A DNA stretch of 59,393 nt, the filler included. It is 3 parts of 3 records of this genome, joined end to end, with 100 filler letters (N's around TTAATTAATTAA, not from the genome) between each part and the next. Parts side by side here need not be neighbours in the genome. Positions count along the whole stretch, not along the records: positions 40,075 to 59,393 come from SRR31156797_8707; 2 more parts are not named here. One strand, 5' to 3'. Under the pieces are notes generated by a model, which saw nothing but the letters and a program-made list of their open reading frames with translations, ran no database searches and was not told where the DNA came from. Of this stretch, positions 48,952 through 58,272 are shown piece by piece. The position numbers were made by a program, and so were the translations under genes. Positions within the stretch are counted from its first letter, which is position 1. Every line of letters starts with the position of its first letter.

Positions 48952-49137
48952 TCACCCTTCTTTGGCGTTTCCGTTTATCTTTCTTTTTTCCTTTTCATGG
49001 CACGGCATGTTCTTATGAACATGCCTTTCTTTTTTGGCGCAGTAGATGGCCTGAAATACGCGGCAACTCCCCGACCCATCCAACGCTTCCTTTTCAGGCC
49101 AGGTGGCGTATTGACAGTTTAAATCACAGAATTCCAT
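48952..49137 (-). CDS. Small Cys-rich hypothetical protein
   Basis: MEFCDLNC.YA.WP....DGSGSCR.F.A.YC.KK...VHKN.PC; AAGGGG RBS; follows queG on the same strand. Confidence 0.65.
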   Translation of the reverse strand: MEFCDLNCQYATWPEKEALDGSGSCRVFQAIYCAKKERHVHKNMPCHEKEKRKINGNAKEG

Positions 49138-49173
49138 GTGTGTCCCCTTTCCGTTAAAAACCACCTCGTTCCA

Positions 49174-50055
49174 TCAAATGAGGAGCGCTTTGATATTCCG
49201 TTTTATCCGCTGAAGACCGGGGCGTGATAGGGCCGTTTGCCCAAATAGCGTTTTGAATGTCCCATCATCCATTTCCAAGAATTCCTCGATAGGCGGAAGG
49301 GAGGGTGCCCCGGCTTTTTCGCCCGGGTTGAACGGGCATACTTCCTGGCACACATCACATCCGAGAAAACACTGTCCAAGCTTTTTCCCTGTTTTATGGT
49401 CAAAGTCGCCCCCATATTCAATGGTGAGGTAAGAAAGGCATCTGGATGCATCCAGGCGGTTGGGACCCTCCAGGGCACCGGTGGGGCAGGCATCCAGGCA
49501 GCGTGTACAGTTTCCGCATAAATTTTTCATGGGTTCGGGTTCAAAATCGAACAGCGGAGCCGTGGTCAGGATTTCAGCCAGAAAAATATAGGATCCGTGA
49601 CCGGGAACAATGAGCATGTTATTTTTTCCGAAGAAACCCATTCCGGACCCGTAAGCAAAACTCCGCTCAAGGATGGGTGCCGAGTCGACGCAGACCCTGG
49701 ATTTTGTATTCGGGTACGATTCATTTAGCCCCAAAGCGAGGCGTTTGGCTTTTTTACGAACGCGGGTGTGATAGTCTTTCTTTTGGGGTTCGCTGTATCG
49801 GGCCATGGTTAACCCTTCAGGTGTACACGGTTTTCCGGGAGAATAGGGGTAGGCCAGGCTGATGATGGTTCGACATCCCGGAAGGAGCATGCCCGGATCT
49901 TCTCTCAAATCACGATGCCTTTTGAGCCATGCCATCCGGCCGAATTTTTCGGCATCAACCCATGCGCAAAACCCATCGAAAAACAGAGGTTTTACAGGTG
50001 GGGAGAACCCTAACGCCACAAAGCCCAACTTTTTGGCATGGTCAACAAGGTTCAT
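49174..50055 (-). CDS. queG: tRNA epoxyqueuosine reductase
   Basis: DYH, VDSAPILER, GKN, GSYIFLAEI, CGNCTRCLDACPT, DASRCLSYLTIE, GCDVCQEVCPFN. Confidence 0.93.
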   Translation of the reverse strand: MNLVDHAKKLGFVALGFSPPVKPLFFDGFCAWVDAEKFGRMAWLKRHRDLREDPGMLLPGCRTIISLAYPYSPGKPCTPEGLTMARYSEPQKKDYHTRVRKKAKRLALGLNESYPNTKSRVCVDSAPILERSFAYGSGMGFFGKNNMLIVPGHGSYIFLAEILTTAPLFDFEPEPMKNLCGNCTRCLDACPTGALEGPNRLDASRCLSYLTIEYGGDFDHKTGKKLGQCFLGCDVCQEVCPFNPGEKAGAPSLPPIEEFLEMDDGTFKTLFGQTALSRPGLQRIKRNIKALLI

Positions 50056-50945
50056 TGGAGTGAAAATGGGGTGAGACTCTCATAACCGTTATCCGTAACC
50101 AGTATGGTTTGTTCAAACTGTGCGGAAAGCTCTCCATCCAGTGTTACGGCGGTCCAGTTATCATCTAGAATCCGGAGATCTTTTTTGCCCTGGTTGATCA
50201 TGGGTTCAATGGTGAACACCATTCCCGGAATCAGTTCGATGCCTTCTCCGCAATGTCCGTGATGGGGTACCTGGGGCGGTTCGTGAAAATCGAGACCGAC
50301 ACCGTGACCCACAAATTCCCTCACAACCGAGCAGCCCTCCTTTTCCGCAAAAGATTGAATGGCGAAACCGATGTCGCCGATCCGGTTTCCGGGGCGGACC
50401 ATCATCAAGCCTTTCCTGAGACATTCGCGCGCCACGTCCACGATTTTTTTGGCGTTTGAATCCGGGCTCCCCACAAAAAATGTCTTATTGACATCAGCGT
50501 AATACCCATCCAGGATGGGGGTGACATCCACATTGACGATATCCCCATTCCTCAAAATCCTGCCGCCGGGGATGCCATGGCAGATCACTTCGTTTACGGA
50601 AACGCAAACGCTTTTTGGGAAACCGCGGTAACCCAAAGGGGCCGGCGTGGCTCCGTTCCGAATGGTGTACCCGTGAACGAGGGTATTGATATCATCGGTT
50701 TTCATTCCGGCTTGAATTGATGCTTCAACCAAGTCGAGGGTTTTCAGGGCGAGACGTCCTGCCTTTTTGATTCCTTCAATATCCCCCGCTTCTTTAAGGC
50801 GAATGCCATGTTTTTGAAGATATAGACTTTTAAGATTGTTTTTGGGACGTGAACCTTCTTTATGAAAACAGCATTTTTTATACTTCAGCCCACTTCCACA
50901 GGGGCAGGGGTCGTTACGGCGCACCTTCGCCCTTTTGTTTTTCAT
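50052..50945 (-). CDS. map: Type I methionine aminopeptidase with N-terminal SEC-C motif
   Basis: RNDPCPCGSGLKYKKCC; FPKSVCVSVNEVICHGIP, DIVNVD, GHGVG..FHE, FTIEPMIN, AQFEQT. Confidence 0.95.
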   Translation of the reverse strand: MKNKRAKVRRNDPCPCGSGLKYKKCCFHKEGSRPKNNLKSLYLQKHGIRLKEAGDIEGIKKAGRLALKTLDLVEASIQAGMKTDDINTLVHGYTIRNGATPAPLGYRGFPKSVCVSVNEVICHGIPGGRILRNGDIVNVDVTPILDGYYADVNKTFFVGSPDSNAKKIVDVARECLRKGLMMVRPGNRIGDIGFAIQSFAEKEGCSVVREFVGHGVGLDFHEPPQVPHHGHCGEGIELIPGMVFTIEPMINQGKKDLRILDDNWTAVTLDGELSAQFEQTILVTDNGYESLTPFSLQ

Positions 50946-51134
50946 CAGGATTATTTCAACCTCTGGGTAGAATTTTTAATTTCATAAAATTTAAGCGTGG
51001 ATTCAATTCTTTACCCTTGAATCGCGCATTACTGAATGTTATAAGGGCTGCACTATAGCAGGGCGTGGTTTAGAGGTCAATGACCTGAAATGGTGTTCAT
51101 CAGAGATTAAATGATATAAAATGATCAAACAAAT

Positions 51135-52124
51135 ATGGACAATATGAGAAATAGTAATCAGAAAACAGCATTGATACTGGGTGTTTCCGGTCAGGATGGA
51201 TCCTATCTGGCAAAATTCCTTTTGGAAAAGGGCTACCGGGTTATCGGCGCTTCAAGGGATGCTCAGATGTCTTCTTTTTCCAATTTAAAGCATCTGGGGG
51301 TTTATGACCGGATAGAGCGCGAGTCCGTATCTCTGAACGATTTTCGAAGCGTACTGCAGATTTTAAAAAAGGTCCAGCCCGATGAAGTCTATAATCTTGC
51401 GGGCCAAACATCGGTGGGGCTCTCTTTCGATCAGCCCGTTGAGTCATTTGAAAGCATCAGCATCGGCACATTAAACCTCCTGGAAGCCATTCGGTTTTTG
51501 AACATCCCAATCCGTATTTACAATGCGGGGTCCAGTGAATGTTTTGGCAACACGGAAGGTATCTCAGCCAATGAGGAGACCCCTTTTCACCCCAGGAGTC
51601 CCTATGCCGTTGCAAAGGCGGCCGCTTTCTGGCATATGGCCAATTATCGGGAAGCCTATGGCCTTTTTGCCTGTTCAGGTCTTTTGTTTAACCACGAGTC
51701 CCCATTGCGGCCTGAGCGATTTGTGACCCGCAAAATTGTGAATGCAGCCTGTCGGATCAAAACGGGAAGCGGTGAGGTTCTGGAACTGGGAAATATTGAA
51801 GTGGAGCGTGACTGGGGATGGGCCCCCGAATACATTGAGGCCATGTGGCGCATGCTTCAGCAGGAAATTCCGGAAGACTTTGTGATTGCCACCGGGGAAA
51901 CCAACAAACTGGCGGATTTTGTTCATGAGGCCTTTGATGCGTTAGGCTTGAACTGGCACGACCATGTCAGGACCACCGAGACCCTGTTCCGACCAACGGA
52001 TATTTTAACGGTTAAGGCGGATCCACAAAAGGCCCAGCGAAAACTGGGCTGGAAAGCCCGATATAAAATGAAAGATGTGGCACGAATGATGGTGGAAGAA
52101 GAGTTGAAAGGGTTTGGAAACTGA
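51135..52124 (+). CDS. gmd: GDP-mannose 4,6-dehydratase-like SDR (divergent paralog)
   Basis: [48 protein letters not shown]. Confidence 0.8.
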   Translation: MDNMRNSNQKTALILGVSGQDGSYLAKFLLEKGYRVIGASRDAQMSSFSNLKHLGVYDRIERESVSLNDFRSVLQILKKVQPDEVYNLAGQTSVGLSFDQPVESFESISIGTLNLLEAIRFLNIPIRIYNAGSSECFGNTEGISANEETPFHPRSPYAVAKAAAFWHMANYREAYGLFACSGLLFNHESPLRPERFVTRKIVNAACRIKTGSGEVLELGNIEVERDWGWAPEYIEAMWRMLQQEIPEDFVIATGETNKLADFVHEAFDALGLNWHDHVRTTETLFRPTDILTVKADPQKAQRKLGWKARYKMKDVARMMVEEELKGFGN

Positions 52125-52147
52125 CCATAGCCATTGGGAGCAATAAT

Positions 52148-53233
52148 ATGAAAAGAGCACTGATCACCGGGATTACCGGTCAGGACGGCGCCTATCTGGC
52201 CGAGCTGATGTTGAAAAAGAGTTATGAGGTCCATGGTATTAAGCGTAGAGCGTCCCAATTTAATACGGACCGTATTGATCATCTTTACCAGGATCCCCAT
52301 GAATCGGATAGGCGGTTTGTACTTCACTACGGAGATCTGACGGATTCCACGAATCTCATCCGTATTGTCCAGCAGGTTCAGCCGGATGAAATCTATAACC
52401 TGGCGGCCCAGAGCCATGTTCAGGTATCTTTTGAGACCCCTGAATACACGGCAAACGCGGATGCCTTGGGTACGCTTCGGCTTCTGGAGGCCATCCGCAT
52501 CCTGGGGCTTGAAAAGAAAACGAAATTCTACCAGGCGTCCACCTCCGAACTTTACGGTCTGGTCCAGGAAACACCGCAAACCGAAAAAACCCCTTTTTAT
52601 CCACGGTCTCCCTATGCGGCGGCAAAACTTTATGCGTACTGGATTACAGTCAATTACAGGGAGGCTTACGGTATTTTCGGGTGCAACGGCATCCTGTTCA
52701 ATCACGAATCCCCCATACGGGGCGAAACCTTTGTGACCCGGAAAATCACCAGGGGCTTGGCAAGGATCAAACTGGGGTTTCAGGATTGTCTTTATCTGGG
52801 GAACCTGGACGGAAAGCGGGATTGGGGGCATGCACGGGACTATGTGGAACTCATGTGGCTGATGCTTCAGCAAGAGGAGCCGAAGGATTATGTGATTGCC
52901 ACGGGGCAGCAGAACTCGGTCAGGGATTTCGTCAATATCGCGGGCAGAGAGGTGGGCCTTGACATCCGCTGGGAAGGGACGGGTGCCGAGGAAAAAGGTT
53001 ATGACCGAAATACGGGAAAATGCATCGTCGCCGTTGATAAACGGTATTATCGTCCCACCGAGGTCGATTCTCTCCTGGGGGATGCCGGTCTTGCGCGGGA
53101 GGCACTGGGTTGGGAACCGAAGACCTCATTTGAGGAGATGGTAGCGGAAATGGTGTCCCAGGACCTGAAAGAAGCGAGCCGCGATCTGCTTTGCAGAAAA
53201 GAGGGGTTTTCCATTAAAAATTATTTTGAATAA
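52148..53233 (+). CDS. gmd: GDP-mannose 4,6-dehydratase
   Basis: [62 protein letters not shown]. Confidence 0.96.
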   Translation: MKRALITGITGQDGAYLAELMLKKSYEVHGIKRRASQFNTDRIDHLYQDPHESDRRFVLHYGDLTDSTNLIRIVQQVQPDEIYNLAAQSHVQVSFETPEYTANADALGTLRLLEAIRILGLEKKTKFYQASTSELYGLVQETPQTEKTPFYPRSPYAAAKLYAYWITVNYREAYGIFGCNGILFNHESPIRGETFVTRKITRGLARIKLGFQDCLYLGNLDGKRDWGHARDYVELMWLMLQQEEPKDYVIATGQQNSVRDFVNIAGREVGLDIRWEGTGAEEKGYDRNTGKCIVAVDKRYYRPTEVDSLLGDAGLAREALGWEPKTSFEEMVAEMVSQDLKEASRDLLCRKEGFSIKNYFE

Positions 53234-53243
53234 CCTTCGCCCA

Positions 53244-53305
53244 CAGGGTTCAGGGACAGTTATCAGGGGGCAGGATTTATTTGAAAGCTGTTTTCCTGCA
53301 CCCTG
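53244..53305. repeat. Intergenic inverted repeat element, copy B
   Basis: CAGGGTTCAGG...CCTGCACCCTG ends; core CAGTTATCAGGGGGCAGGAT. Confidence 0.75.
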
Positions 53306-53327
53306 CGAACTATTACGAAAAAAAATA

Positions 53328-53356
53328 TTGACAGAGAATAGTTTCACTGATATTAG
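53328..53356 (+). promoter_or_regulatory. Putative sigma70 promoter of the rpsF operon
   Basis: TTGACA-17 bp-TATTAG with an upstream TG (extended -10). Confidence 0.55.
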
Positions 53357-53380
53357 TTTAAGTTTTTAATTTTAGAGCGG

Positions 53381-53460
53381 CTCCTTGTCCCCTCAATTGC
53401 GGGGACCAAACAAACCCTTCTAAAAAAAGGCTTTTTTAGAGGGAAGTGGCCGAAAGGAGA
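53381..53460 (+). ncRNA. S6:S18 ribosomal protein leader (cis-regulatory RNA)
   Basis: CTCCTT (53381-53386) can pair with the SD-containing AAGGAG (53454-53459); inner GTCCCC/GGGGAC hairpin followed by CCA, resembling the conserved CCR motif; directly upstream of rpsF. Confidence 0.65.
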
Positions 53461-53469
53461 ACACATCAA

Positions 53470-53898
53470 ATGAGATACTATGAGACCCTTTACATTATCA
53501 ACCCGAATTTGGCGGAAGAGGACTACCGTGCCGTAGTCGCCAAGTTCACAGATGCCGTGGGGAAAAACAAAGGTGTTGTGACGAAGGTGGATGAGTGGGG
53601 GAAGAAAACTCTGGCCTACGACATCAAAAAATTTGACAAAGGCTTTTATGTGCTTCTGCAGTATTGTGGCGAAGCGGATTTGACTGCGGAAATTAAAAGA
53701 GAAATGAGCCTGGATGACAGAATTCTTAAATACCAGACCATCAAACTGAGTGATAACGCTGATCTTGAAAAACTGAAGCCGAAGCCCAGTCCAAGCGAAG
53801 CCGAATCTGTTGAAACAGTCGAAGTTGAAGTAGTCGAAGCGGCGGAAAATTCAGAGGAAACAGGCACGGAAGGCGAGGGTGAAAAAGATGGCTTATAA
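53470..53898 (+). CDS. rpsF: 30S ribosomal protein S6 (acidic C-terminal tail)
   Basis: [30 protein letters not shown]. Confidence 0.96.
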   Translation: MRYYETLYIINPNLAEEDYRAVVAKFTDAVGKNKGVVTKVDEWGKKTLAYDIKKFDKGFYVLLQYCGEADLTAEIKREMSLDDRILKYQTIKLSDNADLEKLKPKPSPSEAESVETVEVEVVEAAENSEETGTEGEGEKDGL

Positions 53899-54175
53899 TC
53901 GATCCTATAGCAAGAGCGGCGGCGAAAACCGACCCAAGGGCAGATTCCGAAAGACTTATCACCGGCGAAAAGTGTGCAAGTTCTGTGCGGACAGCAGCCT
54001 TTCCATTGATTATAAAGACGTCAAAATTCTCAGGTATTTCACGACTGAGCGGGGCAAAATCACCCCGCGCAGGATTTCCGGGAATTGTGCCAAGCACCAG
54101 CGCATGCTGACCGTGGCCATCAAGCGGGCCAGAAACATTGCGCTTTTGCCCTATACAACGTCTATCGTCAGATAA
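53888..54175 (+). CDS. rpsR: 30S ribosomal protein S18 (Zn-binding form)
   Basis: [42 protein letters not shown]. Confidence 0.97.
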   Translation: MAYNRSYSKSGGENRPKGRFRKTYHRRKVCKFCADSSLSIDYKDVKILRYFTTERGKITPRRISGNCAKHQRMLTVAIKRARNIALLPYTTSIVR

Positions 54176-54191
54176 TCCCAAATCCTTAATT

Positions 54192-54220
54192 AAACACTCT
54201 GAAGCTGTTTCAGAGTGTTT
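54192..54220 (+). terminator. Hairpin (terminator or stabiliser) after rpsR
   Basis: AAACACTCTGAA-gctgt-TTCAGAGTGTTT perfect 12-bp stem. Confidence 0.6.
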
Positions 54221-54247
54221 GTGGCTTTTTGCCATCCCTGAAATTCG

Positions 54248-55186
54248 ATGAAAACGACAGATGTGCTAGGGTGTGTGGGAGGGGCCGCTTTCCTTCTTCT
54301 TGCCTCGGCTTGGATCCCTTTTATAGGCCCTTTTTTCAGCCTCCTGACACCACTGCCGTTTCTCTGTTACTCGACCAGCCTCGGCCTCCGCCAGGGGATC
54401 AAGCTTGCAGTAGTGGCCGCCTTTTTCATCGGGCTTCTTGCCAACTTCATGGGGCAACCGCAGACCATCGTTTTTGTTATTGAATTCAGTATCATTGGGA
54501 TTGGTCTATCGGAGCTTTTCAGGCGGGAACTGGCGCTTGGCCAGACATTGTTCCTGGCAACGGTCTTTATGCTGTTGTTGGGTTTGGTGTTACTTTTTTT
54601 TATCGGTCTGTCGAAAAACATGGGCCCCATCGAGATGATTCTTGCCTATATGGAGGAAAATCTCAATGCCACCGTCGGGGCTTATAAGGATATGAATTTG
54701 GAAGGATCGGACGCACAGGCTTTGGAAACCTATGTGAAAGCGTTCATGTTGCTTATTTCAAAAATTTATCCTTCCCTTATGATTATCGGTACGGGCTTTG
54801 CGCTTTGGTTGAACATTGTCATCGCAAAACCGCTCTTCAGGTTATGGGGCCTCAAATATCCCCCCTTTGAGCCCATGGATCGCTGGAGGTCCCCTGAACC
54901 GTTGGTATGGGGGGTCATCATTTCCGGTTTTGCGCTATTTTTGTCATCAGGGAGTATTGAATTCCTGGCCATAAACGCCCTGATTGTTATTTTGGCCATC
55001 TATATTTTTCACGGGCTATCCATCTTGCTGTTCTTCTTGAATAAGTATAAGGTTCCCACTTGGATCAGGATCGGTGCGTATGCCTTGATTATGATTCAGC
55101 AGCTTTTTTTTGTGGTGCTGATACTTGCCGGTTTGTTTGACCAGTGGGCGGATTTCAGAAGAATTCATCGAAGAGCCGATAGCTGA
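54248..55186 (+). CDS. YybS/DUF2232-family membrane protein
   Basis: Polytopic hydrophobic protein with PLP and GLFDQWADFR motifs; usual position between rpsR and rplI. Confidence 0.88.
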   Translation: MKTTDVLGCVGGAAFLLLASAWIPFIGPFFSLLTPLPFLCYSTSLGLRQGIKLAVVAAFFIGLLANFMGQPQTIVFVIEFSIIGIGLSELFRRELALGQTLFLATVFMLLLGLVLLFFIGLSKNMGPIEMILAYMEENLNATVGAYKDMNLEGSDAQALETYVKAFMLLISKIYPSLMIIGTGFALWLNIVIAKPLFRLWGLKYPPFEPMDRWRSPEPLVWGVIISGFALFLSSGSIEFLAINALIVILAIYIFHGLSILLFFLNKYKVPTWIRIGAYALIMIQQLFFVVLILAGLFDQWADFRRIHRRADS

Positions 55187-55209
55187 CGCAGGCGACGGAG
55201 GACAATCAA

Positions 55210-55671
55210 ATGGAAGTAATTTTAAGACAGGATGTGGATGAGTTGGGCCTTGAGGGAGACATTGTCAAGGTGGCCAAAGGTTATGCACGAAACTATCTGA
55301 TTCCGCAAGCAATGGCTTTGGAAGCCTCGGAACACAATAGAAAGGCCCTTGAACTGCAGCGGAAAAAAATTGAGTTGAAACGGGTGAGGGTCAAGGAGGA
55401 AGCGGAAAAAATTAAAGCGGCAATGGAAGAAGTCGTGGTTACCATTTCACAAAAGGCGGGTGAAGAGGGGAAGCTTTACGGTTCCGTGACATCCATGGAC
55501 GTCGCTTCACAGCTGAAAAACCAGGGCATCGACATTGACAGAAGAAAAATCGTGATGGAAAAACCCATCAAGGAATTGGGTGAATTTGAGGTGGGGATTA
55601 AGATTTACCCCGAGGTCAGCGCGACCATCAAAGTTGTGGTGGAAGCGGACGAGGAAGCTTCGGAAAAATAA
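55210..55671 (+). CDS. rplI: 50S ribosomal protein L9
   Basis: MEVIL..DV..LG..GDIVKVAKGYARNYLIP, GKLYGSVT, PIKELG. Confidence 0.97.
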   Translation: MEVILRQDVDELGLEGDIVKVAKGYARNYLIPQAMALEASEHNRKALELQRKKIELKRVRVKEEAEKIKAAMEEVVVTISQKAGEEGKLYGSVTSMDVASQLKNQGIDIDRRKIVMEKPIKELGEFEVGIKIYPEVSATIKVVVEADEEASEK

Positions 55672-55683
55672 GGTGCTTGATTC

Positions 55684-57048
55684 ATGCCTGGAAGCAAAGA
55701 TCGAACCCCTCGTTCTTCCCTGAAAGTTCCGCCGCATAATTTGGAGGCGGAACAGGCCGTGCTGGGAGGCGTATTGTTGAACAATGATGCCATGAACCAG
55801 CTCATGGACATCCTTTCCCCCGAGGATTTCTACCGAGAGGCACACACCAACATCTTTGAAGGGATGGCTCTTTTGTATAATGAGAGCGAACCCATTGATG
55901 TCATAACGCTTTCCGAAGCACTTACCCGGAAAAGCCAGTTGGAAAAGGTGGGAGGCGTAGATTATCTGGCGGTTCTGGTTCAGTCGGTCTCCACATCGGC
56001 GGGAATCGTCTATCATGCTGAAATTATCAGGGCCTCCTCGGTGCGGCGGCAGTTGATTTCAGAGTGTTCCAATATTTCGGAATTATGCTTTCAGGAGCAG
56101 GAAGACGCCGAAGGTCTTCTTGAAAAAGCCGAACAGACCATTTTCAATATTGCTGAATCCCAGATCAAAGAGGGTTTCCAGGGTCTGAATCACGTCATCA
56201 AGGGGAGTATGGAGAGGGTGGTGAAGGCGGGGGAATCCAAAGGATTCCTGACGGGTATCACCTCCGGGTTTGAACATTTTGATCGTCTGACAGCGGGCCT
56301 CCAGCCGTCGGACCTGATTATTGTGGCCGGCCGACCGAGTATGGGGAAGACGGCTTTGGCCCTGAATATGGGATACAATGCGGCCAAGAACACAAAGAAA
56401 GGGATTGCCGTTTTTTCCCTTGAAATGTCCAAGCAGCAGTTGGGAATCCGTTTACTGGGATTTGAATCCAGGATTGATGCCACCCGGTTAAGAACCGGAA
56501 GGCTCAAAAAAGACGAGTGGCAGGAGTTGATCGATTCCGCTGATCGTCTTTCGGAAATTCCCATTTACATAGATGACAGCTCCGCCATCAGCGTGCTGGA
56601 AATGAAGGCGAAGTGCCGAAGGCTCAAAAAAAGAGGTGAATTGGGCCTTGTGATCGTGGATTATATGCAGTTGATCCAGGGGCGAAGATCGGCGGAATCC
56701 AGGCAGTTGGAAATGTCGGAGATTTCCAGGGGGCTCAAAGGGCTGGCAAAAGATCTCGACATCCCGGTAATGGCACTATCCCAGCTCAATCGAAAGGTGG
56801 AGGATCGGCCCAATAAGCGGCCCCAACTGGCCGATTTGAGAGAAAGCGGCGCCATTGAGCAGGATGCGGATGTGATTGTATTTATATACCGGGACGAGTT
56901 TTACAATCCGCAGTCGGAGGAAAGCCGGAATATCGCGGAGATTATCATCGGAAAGCAACGGAACGGCCCCACCGGTTCCGTCAAATTAACCTTCCTGAAG
57001 GAACTGACCCGATTTGAAAATTTCATACAGGAAGATGTTCCCATGTGA
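55684..57048 (+). CDS. dnaB: Replicative DNA helicase
   Basis: PPHNLEAEQAVLG, AGRPSMGKT, FSLEMS, VDYMQL, LSQLNR, DLRESGAIEQDAD, KQRNGP; no intein. Confidence 0.97.
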   Translation: MPGSKDRTPRSSLKVPPHNLEAEQAVLGGVLLNNDAMNQLMDILSPEDFYREAHTNIFEGMALLYNESEPIDVITLSEALTRKSQLEKVGGVDYLAVLVQSVSTSAGIVYHAEIIRASSVRRQLISECSNISELCFQEQEDAEGLLEKAEQTIFNIAESQIKEGFQGLNHVIKGSMERVVKAGESKGFLTGITSGFEHFDRLTAGLQPSDLIIVAGRPSMGKTALALNMGYNAAKNTKKGIAVFSLEMSKQQLGIRLLGFESRIDATRLRTGRLKKDEWQELIDSADRLSEIPIYIDDSSAISVLEMKAKCRRLKKRGELGLVIVDYMQLIQGRRSAESRQLEMSEISRGLKGLAKDLDIPVMALSQLNRKVEDRPNKRPQLADLRESGAIEQDADVIVFIYRDEFYNPQSEESRNIAEIIIGKQRNGPTGSVKLTFLKELTRFENFIQEDVPM

Positions 57049-57061
57049 AAATATCGATTAA

Positions 57062-57140
57062 AGGGTGCAGTTGTCAGGGTTCATAATAATCAGCTTCCAT
57101 GAATTTCATCCTGCCCCCTGACAACTGTCCTCTGCACCCT
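57062..57140. repeat. Intergenic inverted repeat element, copy C
   Basis: AGGGTGCAG...CTGCACCCT ends; core CAGTTGTCAGGGGGCAGGAT on the minus strand; between convergent dnaB and apbE. Confidence 0.75.
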
Positions 57141-57168
57141 ATGAACAGTAACTGATAACCGTAAACGG

Positions 57169-58221
57169 TTATCCGACGCTTTTCCACCCGGCTGAGCGCA
57201 TCTTTCGGTTTCCTTTTCCCACAACCAAACACTCACACCCCGACAACGAATTCACAAATCGTATCCCTTTTTCCGGGCGCATGACAAACACACTGGTGGA
57301 AAGGGCATCCGCATCCATGGCCGTTTCGGCCAGAACGGATACACTGGTGCTGGCATTGGGAGAAAAGCCGTTTTGTGGGTTCACAATATGATGGAACATC
57401 TTCTCCCGGTCAAAATAGACTTCATAATTTCCGGATGTGGCGATGGCCCCGTCCGTTAATTTGATTTTGTCCGGATACCGTTGATTTTTGTGGGGGTCCT
57501 GTACCGCGATCGTCCAGGGCTTTCCATCCTGCCGGCGTCCCGAGGTCCGGATGTCCCCTCCCGCATTGATCAGGTAATTCTCAATGCCGTGTTCGGAAAG
57601 GGCCTCTGACGCTTTATCGACGATATATCCCTTTGCGATACCGTCCAGGGTAATACCCATGCCGGGCTTTTTCAATAAAATGCTGTTGCCCGCCAGTTGA
57701 ATGCTGGCGGCATCCACCAGCTTCAGGGCTTCACGCATCTCCTTCTCCGTGGGGGGAGAGGGCTTTTTTCCGGCAAATCTATTTTTGAACAGGTCCACCA
57801 CCGGTTTAACCGAAATGTCAAAAGCGCCGTTGCTGATTCTGTGATGGGCCAGCGCCCGCCTTACCACATTTGCCATGTCCGGGGGAACGTCTGCCAAGCG
57901 GCCTTCCCGATTAAGTTGGGCCACGGCAGTGGTCCGGTCGAAACGGCTCATGTCTCGGGTCAACCGATCGATTTCTTCAAAAGCTGTGCCGATGGCGATC
58001 TCGGCCTGATCCCGTGATGAATGCAGAAGGGTCATGGATACAAAAGTCCCCATGGCCAATCGGGTTTCGGAAACTTTGTACAGTTTGCGGTCAAACTTAA
58101 CGGCTTCAGCCGAGGCGGGAAGTGCTACAGCCGCGGTAAGGCCAACGCCGAGAATTCCGGATAGCTTTAAAAAATCCCTTCGATCAATGCCGCCTGATAA
58201 TCGTTGTATATCTTTTTCCAT
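57169..58221 (-). CDS. apbE: FAD:protein FMN transferase with twin-arginine signal peptide
   Basis: DRRDFLK Tat motif + AEA cleavage site; AMGT, GAFDISV, LDGIAKGYIVD, NAGGD, ATSGNYE, HHIVNP, ADALST; GGAGGA RBS before the ATG at 58221. Confidence 0.92.
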   Translation of the reverse strand: MEKDIQRLSGGIDRRDFLKLSGILGVGLTAAVALPASAEAVKFDRKLYKVSETRLAMGTFVSMTLLHSSRDQAEIAIGTAFEEIDRLTRDMSRFDRTTAVAQLNREGRLADVPPDMANVVRRALAHHRISNGAFDISVKPVVDLFKNRFAGKKPSPPTEKEMREALKLVDAASIQLAGNSILLKKPGMGITLDGIAKGYIVDKASEALSEHGIENYLINAGGDIRTSGRRQDGKPWTIAVQDPHKNQRYPDKIKLTDGAIATSGNYEVYFDREKMFHHIVNPQNGFSPNASTSVSVLAETAMDADALSTSVFVMRPEKGIRFVNSLSGCECLVVGKGNRKMRSAGWKSVG

Positions 58222-58272
58222 TATTGTTTCCTCCATTTGGTTCCTCACTGCCAATGGTATGGGTGTCATCCT

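Noticed and set aside
53470-54175. Absence of ssb/priB between rpsF and rpsR
   Set aside because: rpsF-rpsR-yybS-rplI-dnaB without ssb is a common arrangement in this group
44265-57140. Repeats considered as a CRISPR array or IS ends
   Set aside because: Copies are dispersed kilobases apart with no repeat-spacer periodicity, no cas genes and no transposase
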